From: Waddliaceae bacterium
GTDB taxonomy: Bacteria; Chlamydiota; Chlamydiia; Chlamydiales; SLFE01
Direction of reading: 5' to 3'
NCBI GenBank assembly: GCA_963783885.1
Contig: CAWAPJ010000003.1
Coordinates: forward strand, 1-40,011
Length of the DNA stretch: 40,011 nt
Below, in pieces: positions 7,336 through 17,536 of this stretch. Within the stretch, counting starts at the first letter, position 1. Each line of letters starts with the position of its first letter. The notes beneath the pieces were generated by a model, which ran no database searches, was not told the origin of the DNA, and worked only from the letters and a program-made list of their open reading frames with translations. Both the position numbers and the translations under genes were made by a program.

Positions 7336-8349
7336 TTACATCGAATCAGTTAACGTACCGAAATCGATGAGTACGACTCTCCCATTCTTTTGCACCAAGA
7401 CATTCCCTCGTTCATTTTCTCTTGTGGTGTTCACACCTATTTTACGGAGAAATCGAATTGCCGATCTGTACTGCGTTTCCTGCTCAGTAGATAAGGGGCC
7501 GTATTGTGACGATGTCACCCCTGGCACATATTCGAGAAGGAGCCATTTTCGATTATATAAAAGATCACTGCCATAATACTCGACGATGTTTGAATGCCCC
7601 CCTTTATGGCGGATCATTTCCAGCATTTCGTCTTCTTTATCTCTTGAATCTCTTAAAATCTTGATAGCAACAATTTTCGCAAGTCCCACCTCTTTTGCCA
7701 AAAAAACATCTCCATAGCATCCGGATGAAGATATGTGCCTGACAATGTTATAAGCCTTCCCGTCAATCATATGAGTCTTATCAGTGTTTTCCAATATCCA
7801 ATCGACAAACTTCTTTGACCCCATCAGTAATTTTGCCGGTTCTGAATAGCTTCGCTTATCAAATAAAGCTTTATAGCCGCGATAATCGTTTCGACGTTTA
7901 AGCGCCTTTTTGAATGCGGCGCCTCTTGACGCTTTATTCATTTCCCTCGATGCTTTCGCTATAAGAGCATTGACCCGCTCAACAACAGATGTCCCCTCAG
8001 CTGTGACTGGGATATCCGGATTGGCGCCTTTCTCCATCAATATTTTGATGGTGTCGACAGCTTTGTTCATCCAGGCATTATAAAGGGCGGTCTCTCCTTC
8101 GTATAGGGCATTCACGTTCGCACCGCGACATATGAGAGCGCTGATAATCTTCTTATAATCCTCTTTTTCAAGATAGTTAGTCGAACGGGAAACTGCTGCA
8201 TACAAGGGAGGGGGTGTACAACGATCGATGCGTCCATATGATGTGTTGGGATCAAGCCCTTCATCAAGCAATTTGGAAACTTTTTCAAATCGTCCGTATA
8301 AACAAGCCTGATATAAATCACTATATTTCGAATTTGTGCTGATTATCAT
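7336..8349 (-). CDS. Ankyrin-repeat protein fused to a short protein kinase-like domain
   Basis: Ankyrin motifs (LLDEGLDPN, LICRGANVN, GETALY..LMEKGANPD); kinase motifs GCYGDVF, VAIK, HSNIV, LLLEYV, NVLV and IDFG. The ATG at 8349 is preferred over 8412. Confidence 0.85.
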   Translation of the reverse strand: MIISTNSKYSDLYQACLYGRFEKVSKLLDEGLDPNTSYGRIDRCTPPPLYAAVSRSTNYLEKEDYKKIISALICRGANVNALYEGETALYNAWMNKAVDTIKILMEKGANPDIPVTAEGTSVVERVNALIAKASREMNKASRGAAFKKALKRRNDYRGYKALFDKRSYSEPAKLLMGSKKFVDWILENTDKTHMIDGKAYNIVRHISSSGCYGDVFLAKEVGLAKIVAIKILRDSRDKEDEMLEMIRHKGGHSNIVEYYGSDLLYNRKWLLLEYVPGVTSSQYGPLSTEQETQYRSAIRFLRKIGVNTTRENERGNVLVQKNGRVVLIDFGTLTDSM

Positions 8350-8426
8350 AAAAACATTGTAGAATAAAAAATTATTGATAATATTATAACATTTAGTATA
8401 ATTAAAGCCCACCTGTTTTTCCTGAC

Positions 8427-9794
8427 TTAAGCATGAATGGCGCGGCCGAGGGCATTGAGCGAGGCTTCTTTGATGGCTTCGCTCATTGTGGGGTGGGCTT
8501 GAGAGGCTGCGGCCAGCTCTTCAACGGTAGCCCTTTTGGCGATGGCGATCATCCCCTCTGAGATGAGCTCGGAAGCTTCGGCCCCGATAATGTGCATGCC
8601 GACAAGGCGCCCTTTCTTCTTTTCACCGATGATTTTAACAAAACCATCGGTTTCTCCGATGCAGCGGGCTCTTCCGATTCCCTTAAAGAGAAATTTTCCT
8701 ACCATGATGTCAAGCCCTGCTTCTTTAGCCTGCTGTTCGGTCAGGCCGACTGCGGCGACTTCGGGATGGGTATAGATGACGTTCGGGACTGTCATATAAT
8801 CGACGCGGGGAACTTTTCCGGCGATAATTTCGGCGACGGAAGCGCCTTCTTCCGAGGCCTTATGGGCGAGCATGATCCCTTCGATTACATCGCCTATGGC
8901 ATAGATATGGGGATGCCGCGTCCGAAAATTGCCGTCGACAGGAATGAATCCCTGCTTGGCGGTCTCAATGCCGATATTTTCCAGACCCAGACCTTTGGTA
9001 TACGGTTTTCTGCCGACTGCGACGAGGACGACATCGGCTTTGAGGGATTCGCCATTATCAAGGGCTAGCTTGATGTCTTTTTTGCCCACTGCGGCTTCCG
9101 TGACCTTTGTTGAAAGGTGGAATGCAAGCCCCTGCTTTTTGAGAATTTGAAGCAGCGCTTTGCTGACATCTTTGTCCATAGCGGGGCAGATATGATCGAG
9201 CATCTCGACTATGACCACTTCACTTCCTAATCGGTTATAAACCGATGCGAGCTCGACGCCGATCACTCCTGCGCCGATAACAACCAGTTTTTTGGGAATT
9301 TCCTTGAGGCTCAATGCGCCGGTAGATGAAACGACCCTCTCTTCATCAAAGGGAAGAAACGGCAAAGCGCTCGGCTCGGAACCTGTGGCGATAATGATGT
9401 TTTTAGCTTTCAGTTTTTCATCACCAATTGCAATTGTATTCGGGTCGATAAAAGATCCTGTTTTCTGATAGACATCGATGTTATTTTTTTTCATCAATCC
9501 CGAGACACCGGTGACAAGGCTTTTGACGACTTCCTCTTTACGCTTGTTCATTTGATCGAAGTCAACGGAGAGTTTAGAGGGGGAAATGCCGTGCTCCTTC
9601 CCCTCTTTGGAAAGCTTGGCGTAAAGTTCGGAAGAGTAGAGAAGGGCTTTTGAAGGAATGCAGCCGACATTCAGGCAAGTGCCGCCCAATGTCTCCCATT
9701 TTTCAACAATTGCAGTTTTTAAGCCGAGCTGGGCTGCTCTGATAGCGGCGACATATCCTCCAGGCCCCGATCCAATAACAACGACATCATACAT
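8427..9794 (-). CDS. lpdA: Dihydrolipoamide dehydrogenase (E3)
   Basis: GSGPGG, GGTCLNVGCIPSK, GAGVIG, HPTMSE. Confidence 0.97.
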   Translation of the reverse strand: MYDVVVIGSGPGGYVAAIRAAQLGLKTAIVEKWETLGGTCLNVGCIPSKALLYSSELYAKLSKEGKEHGISPSKLSVDFDQMNKRKEEVVKSLVTGVSGLMKKNNIDVYQKTGSFIDPNTIAIGDEKLKAKNIIIATGSEPSALPFLPFDEERVVSSTGALSLKEIPKKLVVIGAGVIGVELASVYNRLGSEVVIVEMLDHICPAMDKDVSKALLQILKKQGLAFHLSTKVTEAAVGKKDIKLALDNGESLKADVVLVAVGRKPYTKGLGLENIGIETAKQGFIPVDGNFRTRHPHIYAIGDVIEGIMLAHKASEEGASVAEIIAGKVPRVDYMTVPNVIYTHPEVAAVGLTEQQAKEAGLDIMVGKFLFKGIGRARCIGETDGFVKIIGEKKKGRLVGMHIIGAEASELISEGMIAIAKRATVEELAAASQAHPTMSEAIKEASLNALGRAIHA

Positions 9795-9795
9795 C

Positions 9796-10899
9796 TTATA
9801 CCTCTAGAATAAGTCTTGCGGGATCTTCAAGGCAATTTTTCACGTGGACAAGAAACGACACGGCTTCCTTTCCGTCGACAATGCGGTGGTCGTAGCTTAA
9901 AGCGACATACATCATCGGTTTGATCACAATGTCGTCGCCCACGACAATCGGCCTTTTCTCAATCTTATGCATCCCCAAAATACCGCTTTGGGGAGGATTT
10001 AGGATAGGGGTTGATAGCAGCGAACCATATATCCCCCCATTGGTGATGGTAAATCCGCCCCCTTTGAGATCGTCGACCAGCAAAGACCCGTCGCGCGCTT
10101 TTACGGCATAGTCATAAATCCTTTCTTCGATATCGGCAAACGAAAGGGCATCGCAACCCCTGACAACAGGGACAACAAGACCCCGCTCAGTCCCGACTGC
10201 AATGCCGATATCGTAATAGTGGCGCTGTACTATTTCGTCGCCGTCGATATAAGAATTGACTTCCGGGAAGTGCTGGAGGGCAGAAACAGAGGCTTTGACA
10301 AAAAAAGACATAAAGCCCAGTTTGACTCCGTATTTTTTTACAAAACTCTCTTTATGCCTTTCTCTGAGTTCCATTACTTCAGTCATATCGATTTCATTGA
10401 AAGTGGTCAGCATAGCCGTCGAGGACTTCGCCTCGACAAGGCGGCTGGCAATCACTTTGCGGATTTTCGACATTCGCTTCCGCGTTTCCCTCTCCCCTCT
10501 TGGCATTGGGGGCGGAAAGGCTTTTTCTTCTGTAATTTCGGAAATAAAATCTTGAGCCCGGCTTCGAACGCCGACACTCTCCGGTTCTTCTTCTTTTTTG
10601 GGTTCCTCTTTTTTCTTTGGCTCTTCTTTTTTTTCGGGTTTTTCTTGTTTTTCTTCAGCCTTCCCTTCAGTGTCGACATGGCCGATGACCTGACCGATTT
10701 TAACAGTATCGTCAACTTTAACATCAAGCGTTAAGACGCCTGAATCCGGAGCATAGAGGACTTGGTTGACTTTGTCTGTTTCCAGTTCCAGTATTTCATC
10801 GTCTGTTGACACTTTCGAACCGGACTTTTTGATAATATCTCCGATTATCGCTTCCGATATCGACTCGCCCATGGCTGGCACTTTTATTTCAACTTTCAT
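9796..10899 (-). CDS. sucB: 2-oxoglutarate dehydrogenase E2, dihydrolipoyl succinyltransferase
   Basis: Lipoyl motif [21 protein letters not shown]. Confidence 0.96.
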   Translation of the reverse strand: MKVEIKVPAMGESISEAIIGDIIKKSGSKVSTDDEILELETDKVNQVLYAPDSGVLTLDVKVDDTVKIGQVIGHVDTEGKAEEKQEKPEKKEEPKKKEEPKKEEEPESVGVRSRAQDFISEITEEKAFPPPMPRGERETRKRMSKIRKVIASRLVEAKSSTAMLTTFNEIDMTEVMELRERHKESFVKKYGVKLGFMSFFVKASVSALQHFPEVNSYIDGDEIVQRHYYDIGIAVGTERGLVVPVVRGCDALSFADIEERIYDYAVKARDGSLLVDDLKGGGFTITNGGIYGSLLSTPILNPPQSGILGMHKIEKRPIVVGDDIVIKPMMYVALSYDHRIVDGKEAVSFLVHVKNCLEDPARLILEV

Positions 10900-10900
10900 G

Positions 10901-13711
10901 TTAAACCCTTTGCATCAAATTCACATTTACATCTAATTTTTCATCTCCGGAAAACACTCCGTTCATAATCGCTTCGTGCTGCTGGCTATGGCGATTGTGG
11001 GATCCTGTCGCCGGAGATGCCGAACGGTCTCTACCGACATAGAGAAGCTTTAAGTTTTTAGGTAAAAGCCTGTTGATATGCGGCCTGAGGAGGTTCCAGG
11101 CGCCCATGTTGCTAGGCTCCTCCTGAACCCAGATCACTTCCTCTACATCGGAGTAGTTTTCGAAGATTTCCCTTAAGCGGTCTGTATGCAGAGGGTACAG
11201 CTGTTCGATGCGAATAAAGACGATATCATCGGCTTTTCTTTTCTTTCTCTCTTCAATGAGGTCAAAGTAAATCCTTCCGTTGCAAAGTGCCAGCCTGGTC
11301 GCTCTTTCGGGAGGGCTCGGATCATCCAAAACTTCTTCAAAAGTCCCGTTCTCCAAATCTTCAACATAGCTCACGCATTCGGGATGGCGCAAAAGTCCTT
11401 TGGGGGTGAAGACAACAAGAGGAACTTTGGAGGCAGTGATCATGTGGCGCCTGATCAGGTGAAACATCTGCGCCGGCGTCGTGGGATTGACAAGGATCAT
11501 ATTTTCTTCGCCGCAAAGGGTCAAATATCTTTCCATTCGAGCGGAAGAGTGCTCAGGGCCCTGCCCCTCATACCCATGGGGCAGATAGAGGACAAGATTG
11601 GATTGCTGCCCCCATTTTTGCTCCCCGGGGGCCAAATATTGGTCGATAATCGTCTGGGCGCCATTACTGAAATCTCCAAACTGCGCCTCCCAGATGACAA
11701 GAGCATTCTGATACCCGACGCTGTAGCCATATTCAAATCCCATCACTCCGAATTCTGAAAGGGGGGAATTGTAGATATCAAAACGGCCCTGTTTGTCCGA
11801 TATGTGCTGAAGAGGAAAATATTCCCTTTCTTCTTTTTGATCCATCCAAACGGCATGCCGGTGACTAAAAGTCCCTCTGCAAGAGTCCTGCCCGGATATG
11901 CGGATGTGATGCCCCTCTTCGAGCAAAGTGGCGTAGGCCATGAGTTCGGCCATCCCCCAGTCAAAGGGTTTGTTCTCAGTAATCATGGCGAGGCGGCTTG
12001 CAAGCAATTGCTGCAATTTTTTATGAAGGTTAAAATTCTCGGGAATTTTAGAGATAGCCCCGGCGCAAAGCTCCAAAGTTTTTCGAGAGACACCTGTTTT
12101 TGCTTTTACGAATAAATTCTCCCCTTTTTTATCTTTTTTGCTGGGAGGATGAACGGGATGCTCGATTTCTTTCACCTTTTTCAATGCCTGTTTGAGCCCC
12201 TTCTTAAATTCTTCTTCGAGCTCTTCGGCCATATACTTTTCCAAAACGCCTTCTTGAAAGAGTTGATCCCGATAAATTTCCCTGATGGATTTTTTATTTT
12301 TGATCAGAGCATATTCAAGAGGCTGCGTAAAAGCCGGTTCGTCGCCTTCATTATGTCCGTATTTTCGATAACAGTTCAAGTCTATGAAGACATCGCAATG
12401 AAATTTTTGCCTAAGCTCCACGGCCAGATTTGTCGCAAATATGCACGCTTCGGGATTCTCTGCATTGACATGAAAAACAGGACATCCGAATGTTTTCGCG
12501 ATATCGGTGCAATAATTGGTGGAGCGTCCATCGGATGGAATTGTCGTAAAACCGATTTGGTTGTTAATGACGATATGGATCGTCCCCCCTGTTTCATAGC
12601 CTCTCAATTTGCTCATCTGCAGGGTTTCGTAAACGACACCCTGTCCTGAAAGGGCAGCGTCGCCGTGGACGAGGATGGGCACATACTTTTCCTGAAGCCT
12701 GTCATCGCCGTGTTTCACCTGCTTGGCTTTGATTTGTCCTTCCACAACAGGACAAATCGACTCCAGATGGCTCGGATTAGGGGCCAGCGTAATGCTCACC
12801 TTTTGGCCCGATGCCGAGAGAATTTCTGAAAAAAACCCTTTGTGATATTTCACATCACCGCTTCCTTCCATGGCCTCGGGCAGGTAAAAGTCTTCGAATT
12901 CCGAAAATATGTCCGAATAGGATTTGTCGAGTATATTGCAAAGTACATTCAGCCTTCCCCTGTGCGCCATTCCAAGGGCAAATTCCCTCATTCCCAGATG
13001 AGACCCTTTTTCAATGATCGCAGCAAAAATCGGAATCAAAGTCTCCCCCCCTTCAAGCGAAAACCTTTTTTGCCCGACATACTTTGTTTGCAAAAACCAT
13101 TCGAACAGGCCCGATTTGTTCAGATGCTGCAGAATCATTTGCTTTTGATCGATGGAAAGCTGAACGCGGCACCTCGTCGGCTCAATCTGTCTTTGGAGCC
13201 AATCTTTAAGCTCCGGGCTGGGAGAATCCATATATTCGATGCCAATATCCGAGCAGTAGATTTCCCTTAAAATGGAAATGATATCCCTCAAAGGCAAAAA
13301 ATCCTCTTCCGTCAGACCCAAAGTGGGAAATTCTTCCGGCAGCTCTGATTCGCGAAAGCCCAAATTCGACAGCCTAAGCTCGTTTGGATGCTCTCTTTCT
13401 TTAGCTTGTATGGGATTGATATTCGCCATTAAATGGCCATGCGCGCGATAGGCTTCAATCAGATTATAAACGCGCAGTTCGGGCATCGCCTCCGACATAA
13501 CCCGCCCCCGAACGGGTTCCTTATCGCCAATAATTTGAGGAATGGGAGTCGGCGACGGAAGCGTGGGCGCCTCGGGCTCTTTGTCAAGATTTTCAAAAAT
13601 AACACGCCATGATGGATCGACGCTGGCAGGATCCTCCAAATACCTGGCATACATTTGCTCATAAAGCCGAGCGTTGGCATAGCCTGACTGTATGAATCCT
13701 TCAAGACCCAT
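10901..13711 (-). CDS. sucA: 2-oxoglutarate dehydrogenase E1
   Basis: [49 protein letters not shown]. The start at 13711 is preferred over 13804. Confidence 0.97.
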   Translation of the reverse strand: MGLEGFIQSGYANARLYEQMYARYLEDPASVDPSWRVIFENLDKEPEAPTLPSPTPIPQIIGDKEPVRGRVMSEAMPELRVYNLIEAYRAHGHLMANINPIQAKEREHPNELRLSNLGFRESELPEEFPTLGLTEEDFLPLRDIISILREIYCSDIGIEYMDSPSPELKDWLQRQIEPTRCRVQLSIDQKQMILQHLNKSGLFEWFLQTKYVGQKRFSLEGGETLIPIFAAIIEKGSHLGMREFALGMAHRGRLNVLCNILDKSYSDIFSEFEDFYLPEAMEGSGDVKYHKGFFSEILSASGQKVSITLAPNPSHLESICPVVEGQIKAKQVKHGDDRLQEKYVPILVHGDAALSGQGVVYETLQMSKLRGYETGGTIHIVINNQIGFTTIPSDGRSTNYCTDIAKTFGCPVFHVNAENPEACIFATNLAVELRQKFHCDVFIDLNCYRKYGHNEGDEPAFTQPLEYALIKNKKSIREIYRDQLFQEGVLEKYMAEELEEEFKKGLKQALKKVKEIEHPVHPPSKKDKKGENLFVKAKTGVSRKTLELCAGAISKIPENFNLHKKLQQLLASRLAMITENKPFDWGMAELMAYATLLEEGHHIRISGQDSCRGTFSHRHAVWMDQKEEREYFPLQHISDKQGRFDIYNSPLSEFGVMGFEYGYSVGYQNALVIWEAQFGDFSNGAQTIIDQYLAPGEQKWGQQSNLVLYLPHGYEGQGPEHSSARMERYLTLCGEENMILVNPTTPAQMFHLIRRHMITASKVPLVVFTPKGLLRHPECVSYVEDLENGTFEEVLDDPSPPERATRLALCNGRIYFDLIEERKKRKADDIVFIRIEQLYPLHTDRLREIFENYSDVEEVIWVQEEPSNMGAWNLLRPHINRLLPKNLKLLYVGRDRSASPATGSHNRHSQQHEAIMNGVFSGDEKLDVNVNLMQRV

Positions 13712-13809
13712 AAGTGATTCAACCGATTGGGGTTTACATCTTCTATTTAACCCAGTAAGAGATAAATTTAAAGGAAATTTAAATTTCTTTTTGTTATTAT
13801 GCACAGGTT

Positions 13810-14382
13810 ATGAACCGGAATTTATTCGTTTTGTCTATTGCGCTCTTATTCTTATGGGGATGCGCCTCGGAAACACCGAAAGCAAAGAGCGGATGGGAGG
13901 AAATTAAGGGAAGAGACCCCGAGGTTAATGAAGCGGTATATCGCGTCCGAGTCCCCGATAGCTGGGAACGAACCGATGCTGCCGGACCGATTGAGGATAC
14001 GACAAGACCTCTTGCCGAATATCGTGTCGGCCGAGATATCCTTGTGACGCTGCACAATTTTCCCGGAATCAAAATACCCCCTGCCGCCCAAGTCATGAGG
14101 TGGAAGCGGCAGATGGGACATGCAAAAGACATTCGTACCCATCTCTGCTCTCGCGGGGGATTTGCCGGCATTCAATTTGAAAGCAGGGAGTGCCTGGCCT
14201 GGGCGATGCAGCTCGATCCTGAGCATCGCCAAAGATTATCCAACAAAAGTCCTCTTCACCGCCAAATGATGGCCGATTATACAATTAAGGCTGTCGGACC
14301 CGCTCAATCGCTTACAAAGCATCGGCAGGAAATTCTCGACTTTGCTCTATCTTTTGAACTGATTTGCGAGCTGCCCGGATGA
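13810..14382 (+). CDS. Putative lipoprotein
   Basis: Signal peptide with lipobox LWGC; its stop overlaps the next ATG (ATGA). Confidence 0.75.
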   Translation: MNRNLFVLSIALLFLWGCASETPKAKSGWEEIKGRDPEVNEAVYRVRVPDSWERTDAAGPIEDTTRPLAEYRVGRDILVTLHNFPGIKIPPAAQVMRWKRQMGHAKDIRTHLCSRGGFAGIQFESRECLAWAMQLDPEHRQRLSNKSPLHRQMMADYTIKAVGPAQSLTKHRQEILDFALSFELICELPG

Positions 14383-16403
14383 AGCTGCTGAAATTTCTCT
14401 ATCATTTTCTCGGAAGCGTCTACTTTGCAGTTTCTATTCTGGTGTGTTTGATTCTGTTTACAACTCTAGGAACGTTTATTGAGTCGTATACCGAATCGCA
14501 TTTATTTGCCGCTAATTTGACTTACCATAACCCCCTTTTTGCCTCGCTCCTTTGGATGATGTTTGTCAATATCCTTTTTGCCGCCCTAAGAAGATGGCCC
14601 TTTAAGCAAAGGCATATTCCCTTTCTCTTAACCCACCTCGGTCTACTTATGATTCTTGGAGGCTGTTTGATCAAAGCCTATTTCGGAACCCAAGGACAAA
14701 TGCTTATTGTCGAAGGAAGCGGCAGCGATGAGATAATGATTCCAGGTTCCACTGTGATCGAGCTTCAAGATGAGCAAGGAAAAGTCGAGACGTTTCCTCT
14801 CGATAAATCCCGGCAGATACCGAAGAACGAAAGACTCAAAGTTGTCGGATACTATCCTCATCATAAGTCTCAGCTAAAAATCTGGCCTATAGCGCCCGGT
14901 TGGAATGTGAAAGTTCTTGAAGAAGAAGATTTTAAGCAAGCCGTAAAAGATGAGCTCTTAAACAATCTGACTGTGAGAATACTCGACCGGAAACAAGGAA
15001 GGGTTATTGAAGAAAAGAACGTCCACGACTCAGAGTTTTCCTTCAGCTATGAAAACGGCTCATTGATTGTGGACAATCAGCTGGAAATTCCCCTAAGCGG
15101 CCCTTTGAGTTTGATGACCTTAAACTACAAGGATCATTTGCGGGGCTCCCCATCAACGCTTATTGAACTCAGCCATCCTAAAGCCGCCCTCGTTAAACGA
15201 AACAGCGAAGAAGGTTATCAGGTGACAACCATCGATCAAGCGGGAGGTATCAGAACTGAAGAGCTTTCCAGTCTTGTCGTTTATGACAAGGGTTTTGGGG
15301 GCATCTATATGCAAAGCTCGATTCCCTCTTCCGAAACCTGCAGGGAAAAAGAATTCCGCCACAAAGAAGCTTTAAAAAGAGTGCTTTCCGAAGCCTCGGA
15401 GCTGACTTTCCCATTGGAAGCGATTCGATCAGCTTGCACTCAAGAAAATTTTTCCGAAGCAGCCGTCGGCTTTTTAACCGAATGGGATTCATGCAATCAA
15501 TGGATTTTCTCTCTTGGGCACGCATTATCGAAAGAAAATTGTAAGCTGATGGACAGGATTGACTGGGATTTGATCCCTAAAGATCAGCTTAAAAGCGCTT
15601 ATTTCGCTTCTCTTCTTCTTCAGAATTTTGACGAAAATTCATTGAGCGATGCCCCCTGGAAATATCTCTTGCTCAAAGATCAACCGAAAAATACCTATGA
15701 GCAGTCGATCATTGAGCAGCTATTTCTTATCTCCTCGGACCTTCCAGAACTCCCTGACTTTAAAGATTTATCCTCTCTAGAAAAAGCAAGAGTGATGACC
15801 GTCTTACTAAGAGCTTACGGCATCCACTTAAAAAGTCTCATACCTCCGGAAGAAGAGCGTGAAAACATCGAACGCCTTGAATTGCCCGTAACCCAAGAAT
15901 ACAGCCCGGAAAAACCATCGAACAAGCTTGAAGAGAATCTCCCTCTCATCTTTGTGCAATTTGAAAATGGCAAAATAGTTCCAGCGCCATTTGACCCCTT
16001 CGGCACCGGTCTCAAATGGCCTGCTGCTGGCAGCGACTGCCTCATTCATTTTAAACCGAAGTTCGAGAAACTCCCCTGCCGCCTCAGATTAAGGAACGCC
16101 CGCGAATATCGTTACCCCGGATCCGATGAGCCTTTCAGCTACGAGGCCGATATTATCGTATACGGTTCGGACAAATCCGATGGCAAGGAAATAACTCTGA
16201 GCATGAACCACGTTTATGAAACTTGGGATGGGTATCGATTTTATCTTGCTTCCATACATTCGGAAGGTGAAATGAGAGCCAGGAAAGTCCAGCTCTCAGT
16301 CAATCACGACCCCGCCAGATATCGACTGACTTACCCTGGGGGAGCCGTGGCAGCGCTCGGAATTATTCTTCTTTTCTGGCGCCCGAAATTTTTTCGTCAC
16401 TAA
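14379..16403 (+). CDS. ResB/CcsB-like cytochrome c biogenesis membrane protein
   Basis: Three N-terminal TM segments with LGTFIES and THLGLL, a large soluble domain, and a C-terminal VNHDP motif plus TM segment. Confidence 0.75.
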   Translation: MKLLKFLYHFLGSVYFAVSILVCLILFTTLGTFIESYTESHLFAANLTYHNPLFASLLWMMFVNILFAALRRWPFKQRHIPFLLTHLGLLMILGGCLIKAYFGTQGQMLIVEGSGSDEIMIPGSTVIELQDEQGKVETFPLDKSRQIPKNERLKVVGYYPHHKSQLKIWPIAPGWNVKVLEEEDFKQAVKDELLNNLTVRILDRKQGRVIEEKNVHDSEFSFSYENGSLIVDNQLEIPLSGPLSLMTLNYKDHLRGSPSTLIELSHPKAALVKRNSEEGYQVTTIDQAGGIRTEELSSLVVYDKGFGGIYMQSSIPSSETCREKEFRHKEALKRVLSEASELTFPLEAIRSACTQENFSEAAVGFLTEWDSCNQWIFSLGHALSKENCKLMDRIDWDLIPKDQLKSAYFASLLLQNFDENSLSDAPWKYLLLKDQPKNTYEQSIIEQLFLISSDLPELPDFKDLSSLEKARVMTVLLRAYGIHLKSLIPPEEERENIERLELPVTQEYSPEKPSNKLEENLPLIFVQFENGKIVPAPFDPFGTGLKWPAAGSDCLIHFKPKFEKLPCRLRLRNAREYRYPGSDEPFSYEADIIVYGSDKSDGKEITLSMNHVYETWDGYRFYLASIHSEGEMRARKVQLSVNHDPARYRLTYPGGAVAALGIILLFWRPKFFRH

Positions 16404-17437
16404 AAATCGGAAAGATCGTCGAGCTCCTCGTCAGTACTCCATTCATCGTCGCTTTCAGCCTCTGAACTTGTTGAGCTCCATTCATCATCGGTTTCAGACT
16501 CTGAACTAGAAGTCTTGCATTCGCTTTCAGAATCTGAACTGACATAGGCGCCCTCTTCATCGCTTTCATCTCCTGAACTTATATAGCTCCATTCATCATC
16601 GCTCTCGGTAATCTCAGGTGTAAAACATTCCGAATGTTGTAATTCAACTTGTTTTCTGTAATTTCCCCCTAAGGCTCCTTTCAAGATCTGCATAAGTTCA
16701 TTTTCGCTCATCCTATTCAAATCGATAGCAGATTCTTTAGGGGTCACCTTTTTCAGATTCTTTCTTCCCTCCATAATAGCATCCCGCGACACCGGGCATT
16801 GGGGAAAATTATTTACTCCTGGCAGGCTGGCCCCGCTTTTTTTTGTGGATTGCTGTTCGGGCTGTTCTGTTTTTTTCAATTTAGCTTTTTTCGCCTGAAT
16901 TTCAGCTTCCATAAGGCTTTGTTCATGAAGCTTTTTACCTTTCTCTTTTCCTTTTTGCTCATTTTCTATAAATTTCTCGACTTTTTCCCACATAAGCGGA
17001 GTTAAATTTTTATAGACTATTTGAGCCAACTTATGATCGGTAGGAACATTTCCATTAATATTGTCGATAACAAAAGGTCTAACCATCGTTTCGATCTCTT
17101 CAAATTCATCCTTTACCCTTTGTCCAAAATATTTGTAGGTATTGCCAATCCGATCCAATTTCAAATACGCATCGGCAACTAATCTATTTGTGCGAACATC
17201 CACCATTCCCATAGTCGTTTTAAATGTTTGCTCGACAGCATTGACGACGTCTGTTTTGCCGCTTGCAAAAAACCACCAGTTACGATCCGGATCCAGTTTT
17301 CCTGTGTTGAGGTCAACGGCCAAAAAAGTATTTACAGGAAGGTTTTTTATGGTTTCCAGATTAGAAAATGCCACAGAAATTTCCATTTTATAAGCGAAGG
17401 GATTTCTTTCACATCCTTGAATATCAAGAACAGACAT
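16400..17437 (-). CDS. Putative secreted actin regulator with a WH2-WH2-central-acidic (VVCA-like) C-terminus
   Basis: Helix+LKKT, helix+LKKV, amphipathic ELMQILKGAL..RK and three DDEW motifs; AAGGAG RBS. Confidence 0.7.
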   Translation of the reverse strand: MSVLDIQGCERNPFAYKMEISVAFSNLETIKNLPVNTFLAVDLNTGKLDPDRNWWFFASGKTDVVNAVEQTFKTTMGMVDVRTNRLVADAYLKLDRIGNTYKYFGQRVKDEFEEIETMVRPFVIDNINGNVPTDHKLAQIVYKNLTPLMWEKVEKFIENEQKGKEKGKKLHEQSLMEAEIQAKKAKLKKTEQPEQQSTKKSGASLPGVNNFPQCPVSRDAIMEGRKNLKKVTPKESAIDLNRMSENELMQILKGALGGNYRKQVELQHSECFTPEITESDDEWSYISSGDESDEEGAYVSSDSESECKTSSSESETDDEWSSTSSEAESDDEWSTDEELDDLSDF

Positions 17438-17536
17438 AATGACTCCTTGTGTTAAAATAAAAACTTGTCAACGTTATTGTCGACGGTAGAGTCAATTATT
17501 TCAAGAATTATTATGCCTCGTCTAACCAATTAGACT

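Noticed and set aside
13712-13804. 31-aa N-terminal extension of SucA in the ORF track
   Set aside because: It would leave only 5 bp for two divergent promoters; the AT-rich stretch is better read as intergenic.
16420-16610. Repeated CCATTCATCATCG units as a CRISPR or DNA-level repeat array
   Set aside because: They encode the DDEW peptide repeats, the spacing is irregular and no cas genes are present.
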